A DNA stretch of 64,000 bases. Origin: Bacteroidota bacterium (GTDB lineage: Bacteria; Bacteroidota; Bacteroidia; AKYH767-A; OLB10). Numbering within the stretch: position 1 is the stretch's first letter; each line of letters starts with the position of its first letter. This document shows positions 54,564 through 64,000 of this stretch, one piece after another. Below the pieces are notes generated by a model. The model did no database searches. It was not told where the DNA came from and saw only the letters and a list, made by a program, of their open reading frames with translations. Position numbers and translations under genes: made by a program. The stretch spans positions 7,148 to 71,147 of the forward strand of contig JANNXV010000011.1 in NCBI GenBank assembly GCA_031409815.1, given 5' to 3'.

Positions 54564-55556
54564 ATGAAAAGGAATTTTTTGTTAGTGTTATTATGTCTGA
54601 TGTTTGTTGGATGTAACAATAAGAAAACGAATTCGGAAATTCCGGTTATTGGCTTTCTTGATTTTATTGAAGATGCCACTGTTGCCTTAGCTAAGAAGGG
54701 GTTTTTGGATGCACTTGCATATGCAGGATATTCAGAAAAGGATTCAACAATTGAAATGATCTATGCCAATGCTCAGGGCGACATTCCAACGCTTGGCCAG
54801 GCCTGCGATTTAATTTTATCCAAACAGCCAATGTTGGTTGCTACCAACATTACGCTATCAACTATTACTGCCGTGCAACGAACAAAAACAATTCCCGTTT
54901 TTATGATGGTATCACCACGACCTGATTTGGCAAAGCTTACCGATGAGAAAGGAAATGCTCCTGCTAATCTTTTTGGCGTGTATGAAACGTTGGATTATTT
55001 AGACACTGCCATTACATTGATTAAACAACTAAAGCCCGAGGCAAAAGTGGTGGGCACTATTTTTAATCAAGCAGAACCACAATCAGTAGCAGCTTTCGAA
55101 AAATTAAAAACTGGCTGTGATAAATTGGGAATGGAATTAAAATACCTGCCAGTTAACAATTCAGCAGAAACTCAGTTGGTAACACAGGCACTGTTGAACA
55201 AAGGAATTGATGTGTTTTTTGCATTACCCGACAATGTAATTTTTGCTTCATTCGAAACGATTGCAAAAAGTTGTAACGATAAAAATATTCCAATATTTAC
55301 CAGTGAAGCAGGCTTGGTTAGTCGCGGTGCAGTAGCAAGTTTTGGTGCCGATTTTTATCAGTGGGGCTATCAATCAGGCAAACAGGCAGCTGTTTATCTC
55401 CAATCACTAAAAGCCAAAAAAAATGCTGAAGGTAAAGTGGAACTTCCAAAAAATTTGCATCCCGAAATAGTAAAAATCAGAACGCGTGTTTACAATCCGG
55501 ATGCCGCTGCAAGATTTAATATCGTTCCCGGAAGTGATTTTGTTTCTTACAAATAA
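54564..55556 (+). CDS. ABC transporter substrate-binding lipoprotein (ABC_sub_bind/BMP-like family)
   Basis: 330 aa with a lipoprotein signal (LMFVGCNNK) and a periplasmic-binding fold. It is the first gene of a three-gene ABC operon. Confidence 0.6.
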   Translation: MKRNFLLVLLCLMFVGCNNKKTNSEIPVIGFLDFIEDATVALAKKGFLDALAYAGYSEKDSTIEMIYANAQGDIPTLGQACDLILSKQPMLVATNITLSTITAVQRTKTIPVFMMVSPRPDLAKLTDEKGNAPANLFGVYETLDYLDTAITLIKQLKPEAKVVGTIFNQAEPQSVAAFEKLKTGCDKLGMELKYLPVNNSAETQLVTQALLNKGIDVFFALPDNVIFASFETIAKSCNDKNIPIFTSEAGLVSRGAVASFGADFYQWGYQSGKQAAVYLQSLKAKKNAEGKVELPKNLHPEIVKIRTRVYNPDAAARFNIVPGSDFVSYK

Positions 55557-55565
55557 ACCAATCAG

Positions 55566-56432
55566 ATGGATTTTTTGGTAACTGCTCTTTTACAAGGATT
55601 AGGTTTCGCCTCACTTGGATTGGGTATCTATATTTCATTACGCATTTTCAATATTCCGGATATCACAACAGATGGATCTTACACTTTAGGCGGAATAATT
55701 ACCGCCACACTTTTAGTTGCAGGTGTTAATCCGTTATTAACTCTAGTTGCAGCCATTGGTGGAGGAATGATTGCTGGTGCTTTAACAGGAATTATTCATA
55801 CACGATTAAAGATTAATCCATTGCTTGCAGGTATTTTAGTGATGACAGGTTTATACTCAGTGAATCTTTTTATCATGGGCCGTTCTAATCTTCCATTAAT
55901 TAACAGCAAAAACATTTTTAATATGTTACCCAACCTAAACTCAACGCTAAGTTTATGGTTAGTGATGCTTCTGTTTGCTATTGTTTTGTTGATGAATATT
56001 GTATGGCTGCTTAAAACCGATTTTGGAATTGCCATGCGGGCTACAGGCAACAGTGAAGCAATGGTGCGTTCGATGGGAGTAAACACCAACCGAATGAAAA
56101 TTATTGGACTTGCATTGGCAAATGGTTTGACTTCCATTAGCGGATACCTGATTACGCAATACCAAGGTTTTGCTGATATCAACATGGGTATTGGAATTGT
56201 TATTTCAGGTTTAGGGTCAGTTATGATTGGAGAAGCGTTACTAAAACCATTGATTAATCGTGGCATCATTTACCACATCGTGGCAGTAATCATTGGAAGC
56301 GTTCTTTTTCGATTGATATTAGCACTTGCACTAGCTTTTGGATTAAATCCTAATTTTTTAAAGCTAGTTACTGCACTCATTGTTTTAATTATTGTTGGAA
56401 TCAGTAACACACGCAAAACAGCTGCACAATGA
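55566..56432 (+). CDS. ABC transporter permease
   Basis: 288 aa with ~8 TM helices. Its 3' end overlaps the ATPase gene by 4 nt. Confidence 0.65.
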   Translation: MDFLVTALLQGLGFASLGLGIYISLRIFNIPDITTDGSYTLGGIITATLLVAGVNPLLTLVAAIGGGMIAGALTGIIHTRLKINPLLAGILVMTGLYSVNLFIMGRSNLPLINSKNIFNMLPNLNSTLSLWLVMLLFAIVLLMNIVWLLKTDFGIAMRATGNSEAMVRSMGVNTNRMKIIGLALANGLTSISGYLITQYQGFADINMGIGIVISGLGSVMIGEALLKPLINRGIIYHIVAVIIGSVLFRLILALALAFGLNPNFLKLVTALIVLIIVGISNTRKTAAQ

Positions 56433-57178
56433 TTAAACTTGAACAGTTAAGTAAAACGTTTCATCAAGGATTTTCAAACGAAAATGTGGCAGTTAATAAT
56501 GTGTCATTACAAATCAGAGAGGGAGATTTTGTAATTATTATTGGTGCGAATGGAAGTGGTAAATCCACGTTACTAAATTTGATTGCCGGAAATAGTTTGC
56601 CTGATAGCGGAACCATTTATATCAACAGCACCAATGTAACTGAATGGAAAGATTTTGAACGTAGCAAGTTCATCAGCCGTGTTTTTCAAAATCCTTTACA
56701 GGGAACTGCACCTGATTTGAGTGTGTTGGATAATTTTCGATTAGCCTCATTACGAACACAACCCAAAAAATTAGTTTCAGGAATCGATACTCAGTTTGAG
56801 TCGCGGGTGAAAGAATCTATCAGTATGTTGAAACTCGGATTAGAAAATAAAATTCACCAATCAATGGGAACCTTATCCGGTGGACAGCGTCAGGCTTTAA
56901 CTTTAGTGATGGGAACCATGGACGATTGCAAATTAATGTTGCTGGATGAGCCAACGGCTGCTTTAGATCCACGAAGCGCAACTTTGATTATGGAAAAGGC
57001 AAAGGATATAATTTCCATAAAAAAACTGACGGCCATCCTAATTACACATCAACTGAAAGACGTTCTGAAATATGGGAATCGATTAATTCAAATGAGTGAA
57101 GGAAAAATTATGCGCGACTTTAATAATGCCGACAAGGCTGTAATTACTCTTGATGAATTATACGGTTGGTTTGGGTAG
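56429..57178 (+). CDS. ABC transporter ATP-binding protein
   Basis: 249 aa with Walker A (GANGSGKST), the signature LSGGQRQAL and Walker B (LMLLDEP). Confidence 0.85.
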   Translation: MIKLEQLSKTFHQGFSNENVAVNNVSLQIREGDFVIIIGANGSGKSTLLNLIAGNSLPDSGTIYINSTNVTEWKDFERSKFISRVFQNPLQGTAPDLSVLDNFRLASLRTQPKKLVSGIDTQFESRVKESISMLKLGLENKIHQSMGTLSGGQRQALTLVMGTMDDCKLMLLDEPTAALDPRSATLIMEKAKDIISIKKLTAILITHQLKDVLKYGNRLIQMSEGKIMRDFNNADKAVITLDELYGWFG

Positions 57179-57404
57179 TGATTAAATGAGTTACTATCCC
57201 TTTTAAAGCCTTAAATTTAACTCATGAGCAATGATTTAATTGTATCATAAGAATTTATTAACCATAACAGCCGAATTTCGCCTAAATTCAATTATTTATC
57301 CAGAAATATTATGTAATTTGCTGCCTTATTAAGGCTACCTCAAATTGCCATTTATTCTGAGCCAAATTATTACAACATGAATCACACTGTTACTAAATCC
57401 GAAA

Positions 57405-60400
57405 ATGATGAATAACAAAAAAGTTAAGCAAACGATAATTATCGTTTGCTTTTTGACTGCCTTAATTATCATTAGCTCCACCAAAAGTTGGGGCCAACTG
57501 CTTGTGCAAGATTTTAATTTTACTGGTACACTCACCGCTAACAGTTGGGTTGCACATAGTGGATCGGGTACCAACCCGATTTCTACCACTACGGGTTTAA
57601 CGTATGCTGGCCATCAAGGCAGTGGAGTGGGTAATGCAGCACTGCTTGGAAATGCCGGAGGCGAGGATGACAATATAACTTTTGCAAATCAAAATGCTCC
57701 GGATCAGTCGGTGTATTTTTCTTGTCTGGTGAGAATTACTGATGCCGCTGCAACAAAAACCGGAGACTATTTTATGCATTTAGGCACACCTGGCGGTTCT
57801 ACCTTTACTTTATTTGCTGCACGAGTATTTGCCAAAATAACCAGTAGCAATGTCAACTTTGGTATTAGCAATACATCAACTGCAACTTACGGTACAACAA
57901 ATTTTGCTAAGAACACCACTTATTTATTGGTGGTAAAATATGTTATAACTGTGGGAGGCAACGATCCTGTTTCACTTTGGGTTATTCCAACCGGCATACC
58001 AGCAACTGAAGTACTTGCCGGCACACCTGAAATTAGCAGTACAACCACAGCAGGCCAAGATGCAATTAACACTATTGCTCTTCGACAAGGTTCAAATACC
58101 ACTTCACCACAAACCGTAGTTGATGCAATCAGGGTCGGGTTAACATGGGAATCAGTAACTCCTTTGGCTGTCCCTAATTTATCAATTTCAGGTGTACAAA
58201 ATCATGGTACATTATGTCAAGGAAATGCAGGTTCAAGTATTCAATACACAATTAACAATTCAGGTGCTACGGCTGCAGGTATTGCTATCGCATCAAGTGA
58301 TGGACAGTTTGCAGTAAGTAATATTCCCGCAACAGTACCTGCTGGTGGGACAGCAAATTTCAATGTGATTTTTACTCCTTTGGCAGGAGGGGCTCAATCT
58401 TCGACAATTACTGTTACCAGTACTACATCCGGTAGTAATTCACCAACTATTAATTTAATTGGTATCGGACAAGCACCAGTAAGCCCGGTTGTATCGTCAT
58501 TGTCGGCCACAGCAATACTAACCAGTTCAGCGGTAATAAATGGAGATTTACTAACACTGGGGGTGTGTCCATCGACCACCCAAAAGGGTTTTGTTTATTC
58601 ACTTACCACAGCCAACAGCGATCCATTTGTTGATAGCGCAGGTGTTACTAAATCAGTGGTTGCCGGAGTTACTACCGGAAGCTTCTTTTTGCAATTATTA
58701 TCTCTGCCGCCCAACACTTCTTATTCTTATAAAGCATATGTTTATGATGGATCAACTTATACTTATGGAGCTGTAACCACATTTACAACTGATCCTCCTC
58801 CTTCGGCTGTAGTTTCTGTCACAGGAAGTTTGTCATCAGTTAACACTACCTATGGCACTGCATCAAATCCGGTTACCAGTTTTGGCGTTTCAGGTACCAA
58901 TTTAACAGCAGATATTTTAATAGTAGCACCATATGGGTTTGAAATGTCATCTGGTGGGTCGTATAATGATTCACTCTTATTGACCCAAACAATGGGAAGC
59001 GTTGGCAATACAACTATTGATGTTAGGCTATCAGATACAACAGATGTTGGAACCTATTCAGGTAATATTACCCTTACAAGTGCAGGCTCCAACAATCCAT
59101 TGCTCCCAACTGTTGCGAGTGTAGTTTCTCCTAAACCGTTATCCGTTTCTGGAGCGGTTGCACAAAATAAAGTGTACGATGGAAACACTTCAGCATTAAT
59201 TGATGTTAGCAACGCAACTCTTGCAGTTTTAGTAAATAATGATGTGGTAACAGTAAGCGGTGGAGGAAATTTTAATGACTCTAATGCAGGCGTAGGTAAG
59301 TCTGTTACAACTAATTTACTATTAGGAGGGGCTGATGCTGGTAACTATACGTTGAATCAACCGTCAGGATTAACAGCTAATATTCTACAGGCCGGACAGA
59401 CAATTACATTTGGAGTTTTACCAGTAAAAACATTTGGTAATGCTCCATTTAAATTATTGGCAACAGCAAGTTCGGGCCTTGTGGTTTCGTATCAAAGTTC
59501 GAATCCTTTAGTGGCTACTATATCCAATGATACTGTTTTTATTGTTGGTACAGGTACATCTACAATAACTTCCTTACAGTCGGGAAATATCAATTACAAT
59601 GCAGCTATTAATGTTCCTCAAACACTTACTGTTAATCAAGCCAACCAAACTATCACATTTAGTACGCTTCCAAATAAAACAATTGCAGATGTGCCATTTA
59701 GCCTAACGGCAACTGCCAGCTCTAATTTAACGGTTTCATATATGAGTTCTAATACTTCTGTTGCAACAGTAGTTGGAAATATTGTAACAATACAAGGAGT
59801 TGGAACTACTACTATTACGGCTTCACAATCGGGTAACGCTAATTTTTTAGCGGCTACTGATGTTGCCAGAACACTTACCGTAACTTATACCGTTATCGCT
59901 GCGTGGCAATTCGGGACACCTCAAGCTGTTGGTGACGAGGTGACTTATAATGCAACAACCAATCACACAAATATTAATTCCGTAACGCTATCAAGAGGCA
60001 GTGGAATATTGCCCACTTCTTTAAGTCGTGGATTTTCATCCAATAATTTTTCTGCATCACCAAATACTAAAGCAAATGCTATTGCAACAAACCAATTCTA
60101 TCAATTCACCATTAATCCAAAAAATAATTATATCACTTCTTTAAATACTTTATATGCAAGGCTTAGAAGAACGAGTGCCGGAGCCAATGCTTATATCTGG
60201 AGATACAGTACCGATGGAACAAACTTTTTTGATATTGGAACTGATGTAAATTATACCAGCACAGCAGATGGTGTTGATCAGGCGCAAATAAACTTAGCAG
60301 CCGTTCAGGCATTGCAACGAATAGAGAACATTACTTCAGTCACATTTCGTTTGTATGCTTGGGGTGCTACTTCTTTATCAGGAACATTTGCAGTTGGCCG

Positions 60401-63400
60401 ATATGGTTCAGGAATTACAACTAATAGTTTAGCTGTTGACGGAACGGTTGATTCGATAATGGCTCCTGTTATCAATAGTGTACTAACTGCAGCTGGTACT
60501 ACTGGCGTACCTTTTAATTACACTATTACTGCAACCAATATTCCAACCAGTTTTAGTTCTACCGTATTGCCTCCGGGTCTTGTATTAAACACCTACTCGG
60601 GAGCAATAACCGGCAATCCAACTACTGTTGGGCCGGGAACTTATAATGTTGATATTACGGTAAATAATTCAGCTGGTACTGATACAAAAACATTAGTAAT
60701 AACAATTGCAAAGGGAAATCAGACTATAAGTTTTGCTGCATTAACACCTAAAACATATGGTAATGCGCCATTCAATCTAACAGCTACTGCCAGTTCCGGA
60801 TTAGCAATTACTTATGTTAGTTCAGATACTACTGTAGCAAAAGTTACTGGCAATACCGTGACAATAATAGGTGGCGGAAACACCAATATTACAGCCTCTC
60901 AAACCGGGAATGCTGATTTCAATGCAGCTGCTGATGTAACTCAAAATTTAGTGGTAAACAAAGCAAATCAAACCATCGCATTTGGTCCATTGGCAAATAA
61001 ATTAACTACCGACCCTGCTTCTGTTCTTGGTGCAACTGCCAGTTCAGGACTAATAATTTCATATCAAAGTTCGAACCCATTAGTTGCTGTTGTTTCTAAC
61101 GACACTTTATACATTACTGGCCCGGGGACTACTACAATTACGGCATCGCAGCCTGGAAATAATAATTTTAATGCTGCCGCTAATGTGTCACAAAGCTTAT
61201 TGGTGACTGATCCTTTTGCTCCGGTTTTATCTGCAACTACACTCACAGATTTTGGTGAGGTTTGTTTAGATACCACTGCTGGACCAAACACTTTTACAAT
61301 AGCCGGATTGAATTTAAGCACTGATAGCATTGTTGTGGGACCATTGTCAGGTTTTAGTTTTTCCCTTAATGACACTACCTATTCCGACTCGTTAGTAATC
61401 ACACAATCTGGTGGCAGTTTTTCTCAATTAGTTTATGTAAAGTTTAGGCCAGTAGCAGTTCAATCATATAATGGAAATATTTTAATTAAAGGTGGCAGTG
61501 CTCCACAAATAAATGTATTTGCATATGGTATAGGTATTAATACACCTGCTTCTGTTATTACTGAAAGTGCAATTAGTGTAACACAATTATCTGCAACACT
61601 TCCTGCTACAGTTGCATCTATTGGATGTACTCCTATTTCCACTTATGGATTTGAATATAGTTTGACCAATGGATTTATTAACGGATCAGGTACTCAAGTG
61701 GCTAGTAATAATTTATCTGGAAGCGCATTCTCGGTTACATTAGGGGCTTTAATTCCTAATACTCCATATTACTATAAGGCATATGTAATAAATGCAGGAG
61801 GCACATCTTACGGAACACAGCAAAGTTTTACCACCTTAACTGTGGGAGCACCTGTTGCATTAACAGCAACAAATATTGATTCAACTAGTTTTCGAGCCTA
61901 TTGGAATGTTGTTGGTGGAGCCACTAGTTATAAGTTAGATGTTAGTACTAGTAATACATTTTTCGAGCCGGTTAACCCTATTCTTGCTGGTTGGAGTTTT
62001 CCTGTGAACGGAACAAACGTTACAGCAGATAATGCCAATACTAATAACACTGCAAAAACATTAACTACCAATGGCGGATCAATTGCTGATGCAACGGGTG
62101 CTTCAACAAGAGCTCCTTCTACAAGTTCATGGCAAAGTGGATCTGGATCTAAAAACTGGCAAATTGAAATCAACACAACCGGATTCTTTAACCTTAAATT
62201 GTCGTCTGCTCAAAGGTCTTCAGGCACTGGGCCACGCAATTTTAAAGTACAATATAAAATAGGCTCAGGACCATTTGCAGATGTGCTAGGGGGGGCAGTT
62301 TTAGTTGCAAACGATTTTACATCTGGTGTGTTAACCAACCTTTCTTTGCCTGCTGCTTGTGATAACCAAACTTCAGTAACTATACGATGGATTATGACAA
62401 GTAATACAAATGTTAATGGCGATGTAAATGGAGTTGCAAGTGGAGGTACCAGCAGAATCGATAATATTTTGGTTAGTAGTGCTATCCCATCATTTGTTGG
62501 TATTTATAATGATTTAACAGTTAATGATACTTCTTTATCAGTAGTTGGGTTATCCCCAAATACGGTATATTACTATAGAGTTCGTGCAGTAAGTATTGCA
62601 GGAACTACCGGTAATTCAAATACAATTTCAGCTCGTACATGTACCAACGCTATATTAAGCAAAAGCTATATTGAACCTTCGTGTAATGGTAACGGTAATG
62701 ATGCCTCGGCAACGGTAAATGCCACAAGTGGTACTTTACCTTATGGATATTTATGGAGCAACGGACAAACAACAGCAACTGCAACTGGTCTTAGTGGTGG
62801 AAAATATTTTATTACAGTAACTTCAAATACCGGATGTCCAGTCAAAGATTCAGTAGTGGTTGTTGCTCCCGCTCCGGCATCTCCCAAAATTATTCCTGGT
62901 AATATGTTATTGTGTTCAGGTCAAAACATTTATTTACATGTTATTGATACTGGAGCTTATTCAGGAGGTTATCCATTAGGAACAACAGTCGATTGGGTAA
63001 ATATTGTTCAAGGGTTATCGCCAAACGATAGTGTTAATTCGTCAGGCATCGCTGATTTTACAGCGGTAGTGCATATTCCATCACAAAACAATTGCACCTA
63101 TACTTCACCCACTGTAAATATTGGTACTCATCAACTTAATGTATTGCCGGTAATATCAAGCTCAACTTGTGGCATTAGTAATGGAAAAATTCTGGTAAAT
63201 GTTATCGGAACTCCACCCTTTCGTTATGAATGGTCGGATGGTACGAATCTTATTCGCGACTTAACCACTCCTAATACATCAGATTCGATAACCGGACTCT
63301 TAGGTGGATTTTATAAACTCACAGTAACAGACAATTATGGTAACTTAAATCCTGGGTTATCCTGTAGCACCGGGCAGCTAACTTATTTTGTGCCTTCAAA

Positions 63401-64000
63401 TGGTGGCCCCGTTGCTACTATTTCCGCACATAGTGATGTGCGCTGCAAGGACGAAACAAATGGTTCAGCAACAGTTATTCAGACCGGAGGAATTGGTACC
63501 ATAACATACGAATGGTTCCCTTACGGAGGCACTGCGTATTATACGGAAGTTTTAGGAGCAGGTGATTTTTATGTACTAGTTACAGATGCTAACGGATGTG
63601 CAGACACAGCACAAGTAACTATAAATGAACCTGATTCATTACTAACTACTATTTCTTCAGTAATGGCTAGTTGTGGCAATTCTGATGGAACAGCCATTGC
63701 CACTGTAACAGGAGGCAGAATGCCTTATTTATATGTTTGGTACGATGCCGCATTTGAAACTGTCGGTACAGATAACGACACCGTTACAGGGCTGATGGCA
63801 GGCACCTATTATTCGGTGGTAAGCGACTTAGGAGGTCAATGCCAATCTGTAGCAGTTTTTAATATAACGGAAATTTGTGATGCAGTTTTGGATTTAACTG
63901 TTTACATAGAAGGTTATGATATAGGGCTTGGAATGCAGCCTGTACTTTTTAATAGTGCTCAAGCATTGGGTAACACTTATCCAAATACAACCGACTGTGA
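57405..64000 (+). CDS. giant cell-surface adhesin (MBG-like, putative-Ig, FN3-like and SprB-type repeats); 3' partial, continues beyond window
   Basis: A stop-free frame runs from ATGATG at 57405 to the window end (more than 2198 aa). It is not in the ORF track, being edge-truncated. The N-terminus is a signal peptide, MMNNKKVKQTIIIVCFLTALIIISSTKSWG. YDGNTSALIDVSNATLAV...GNYTLNQP resembles an MBG domain. Repeated ~95-aa modules follow the pattern NQTITF..LP.KT.G..PF.L.ATASSGL..SY.SSN..VAT. One module matches the putative Ig domain (NIPTSFSSTVLPPGLVLNTYSGAITGNPTTVGPGTYNVDITVNNSAGTD). The terminal ~450 aa are Cys-containing SprB-type repeats (C.GN.DG.A...TGG..PY.Y.W). Confidence 0.8.
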   Translation, partial: MMNNKKVKQTIIIVCFLTALIIISSTKSWGQLLVQDFNFTGTLTANSWVAHSGSGTNPISTTTGLTYAGHQGSGVGNAALLGNAGGEDDNITFANQNAPDQSVYFSCLVRITDAAATKTGDYFMHLGTPGGSTFTLFAARVFAKITSSNVNFGISNTSTATYGTTNFAKNTTYLLVVKYVITVGGNDPVSLWVIPTGIPATEVLAGTPEISSTTTAGQDAINTIALRQGSNTTSPQTVVDAIRVGLTWESVTPLAVPNLSISGVQNHGTLCQGNAGSSIQYTINNSGATAAGIAIASSDGQFAVSNIPATVPAGGTANFNVIFTPLAGGAQSSTITVTSTTSGSNSPTINLIGIGQAPVSPVVSSLSATAILTSSAVINGDLLTLGVCPSTTQKGFVYSLTTANSDPFVDSAGVTKSVVAGVTTGSFFLQLLSLPPNTSYSYKAYVYDGSTYTYGAVTTFTTDPPPSAVVSVTGSLSSVNTTYGTASNPVTSFGVSGTNLTADILIVAPYGFEMSSGGSYNDSLLLTQTMGSVGNTTIDVRLSDTTDVGTYSGNITLTSAGSNNPLLPTVASVVSPKPLSVSGAVAQNKVYDGNTSALIDVSNATLAVLVNNDVVTVSGGGNFNDSNAGVGKSVTTNLLLGGADAGNYTLNQPSGLTANILQAGQTITFGVLPVKTFGNAPFKLLATASSGLVVSYQSSNPLVATISNDTVFIVGTGTSTITSLQSGNINYNAAINVPQTLTVNQANQTITFSTLPNKTIADVPFSLTATASSNLTVSYMSSNTSVATVVGNIVTIQGVGTTTITASQSGNANFLAATDVARTLTVTYTVIAAWQFGTPQAVGDEVTYNATTNHTNINSVTLSRGSGILPTSLSRGFSSNNFSASPNTKANAIATNQFYQFTINPKNNYITSLNTLYARLRRTSAGANAYIWRYSTDGTNFFDIGTDVNYTSTADGVDQAQINLAAVQALQRIENITSVTFRLYAWGATSLSGTFAVGRYGSGITTNSLAVDGTVDSIMAPVINSVLTAAGTTGVPFNYTITATNIPTSFSSTVLPPGLVLNTYSGAITGNPTTVGPGTYNVDITVNNSAGTDTKTLVITIAKGNQTISFAALTPKTYGNAPFNLTATASSGLAITYVSSDTTVAKVTGNTVTIIGGGNTNITASQTGNADFNAAADVTQNLVVNKANQTIAFGPLANKLTTDPASVLGATASSGLIISYQSSNPLVAVVSNDTLYITGPGTTTITASQPGNNNFNAAANVSQSLLVTDPFAPVLSATTLTDFGEVCLDTTAGPNTFTIAGLNLSTDSIVVGPLSGFSFSLNDTTYSDSLVITQSGGSFSQLVYVKFRPVAVQSYNGNILIKGGSAPQINVFAYGIGINTPASVITESAISVTQLSATLPATVASIGCTPISTYGFEYSLTNGFINGSGTQVASNNLSGSAFSVTLGALIPNTPYYYKAYVINAGGTSYGTQQSFTTLTVGAPVALTATNIDSTSFRAYWNVVGGATSYKLDVSTSNTFFEPVNPILAGWSFPVNGTNVTADNANTNNTAKTLTTNGGSIADATGASTRAPSTSSWQSGSGSKNWQIEINTTGFFNLKLSSAQRSSGTGPRNFKVQYKIGSGPFADVLGGAVLVANDFTSGVLTNLSLPAACDNQTSVTIRWIMTSNTNVNGDVNGVASGGTSRIDNILVSSAIPSFVGIYNDLTVNDTSLSVVGLSPNTVYYYRVRAVSIAGTTGNSNTISARTCTNAILSKSYIEPSCNGNGNDASATVNATSGTLPYGYLWSNGQTTATATGLSGGKYFITVTSNTGCPVKDSVVVVAPAPASPKIIPGNMLLCSGQNIYLHVIDTGAYSGGYPLGTTVDWVNIVQGLSPNDSVNSSGIADFTAVVHIPSQNNCTYTSPTVNIGTHQLNVLPVISSSTCGISNGKILVNVIGTPPFRYEWSDGTNLIRDLTTPNTSDSITGLLGGFYKLTVTDNYGNLNPGLSCSTGQLTYFVPSNGGPVATISAHSDVRCKDETNGSATVIQTGGIGTITYEWFPYGGTAYYTEVLGAGDFYVLVTDANGCADTAQVTINEPDSLLTTISSVMASCGNSDGTAIATVTGGRMPYLYVWYDAAFETVGTDNDTVTGLMAGTYYSVVSDLGGQCQSVAVFNITEICDAVLDLTVYIEGYDIGLGMQPVLFNSAQALGNTYPNTTDC

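Noticed and set aside
57179-57404. Inverted repeat AAATGAGTTA ... TAACTCATGA in the leader of the giant adhesin considered as a regulatory element
   Set aside because: It is only a 9-bp arm with a 24-nt spacer, AT-rich, directly after the ABC operon stop. An ordinary weak terminator-like hairpin is more parsimonious.

Overview
This 64 kb window looks like a chromosomal segment from a gliding, T9SS-bearing Bacteroidetes (Chitinophagia/Sphingobacteriia-like). This is inferred from T9SS C-terminal sorting domains on several secreted proteins, GldA-like and GldD-like genes, a SprB-repeat giant adhesin, and the absence of Shine-Dalgarno signals. About 50 protein genes are supported.

Most of the window is housekeeping. 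It carries a thrA-thrB-thrC operon, metG, metK, a second monofunctional aspartokinase, rluB, yraN, ldcA, recJ, yidD-rnpA-hemD, sodA/B, acyl-CoA dehydrogenase, an ABC uptake operon, and a propionate/methylmalonyl cluster (crotonase, B12-binding mutase domain, BCCP, MeaB). There are two tRNAs: Arg-CCT and Cys-GCA.

Two large genes run off the window edges and are missing from the supplied ORF track:
- a BNR/Asp-box protein on the minus strand at 1-1795;
- a giant adhesin of more than 2,198 aa on the plus strand from 57405.

The content that seems non-routine is concentrated in small mobile or rearranged loci and structured repeats:
- A GIY-YIG nuclease gene sits between an intact tRNA-Arg and a degenerate, insertion-expanded duplicate of the same tRNA.
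- A REP-RAYT (IS200-like) element is inserted at the 3' end of an M1 aminopeptidase gene. It is flanked by a 27-bp direct duplication, its transposase carries an in-frame TAA, and REP palindromes lie inside the ORF.
- A T9SS-cargo gene is bracketed by a diverged duplicate of the ridA 3' end and by mirror-image hairpins.
- A family of very long perfect hairpins (GTCATGCTGAG...) occurs at gene ends, and one remnant is translated inside the metG linker.
- A DUF4160/DUF2442 overlapping gene pair is present.

No CRISPR array, integrase or recognisable defence island is visible. Several small tandem or inverted repeat arrays in promoter regions are noted at low confidence.
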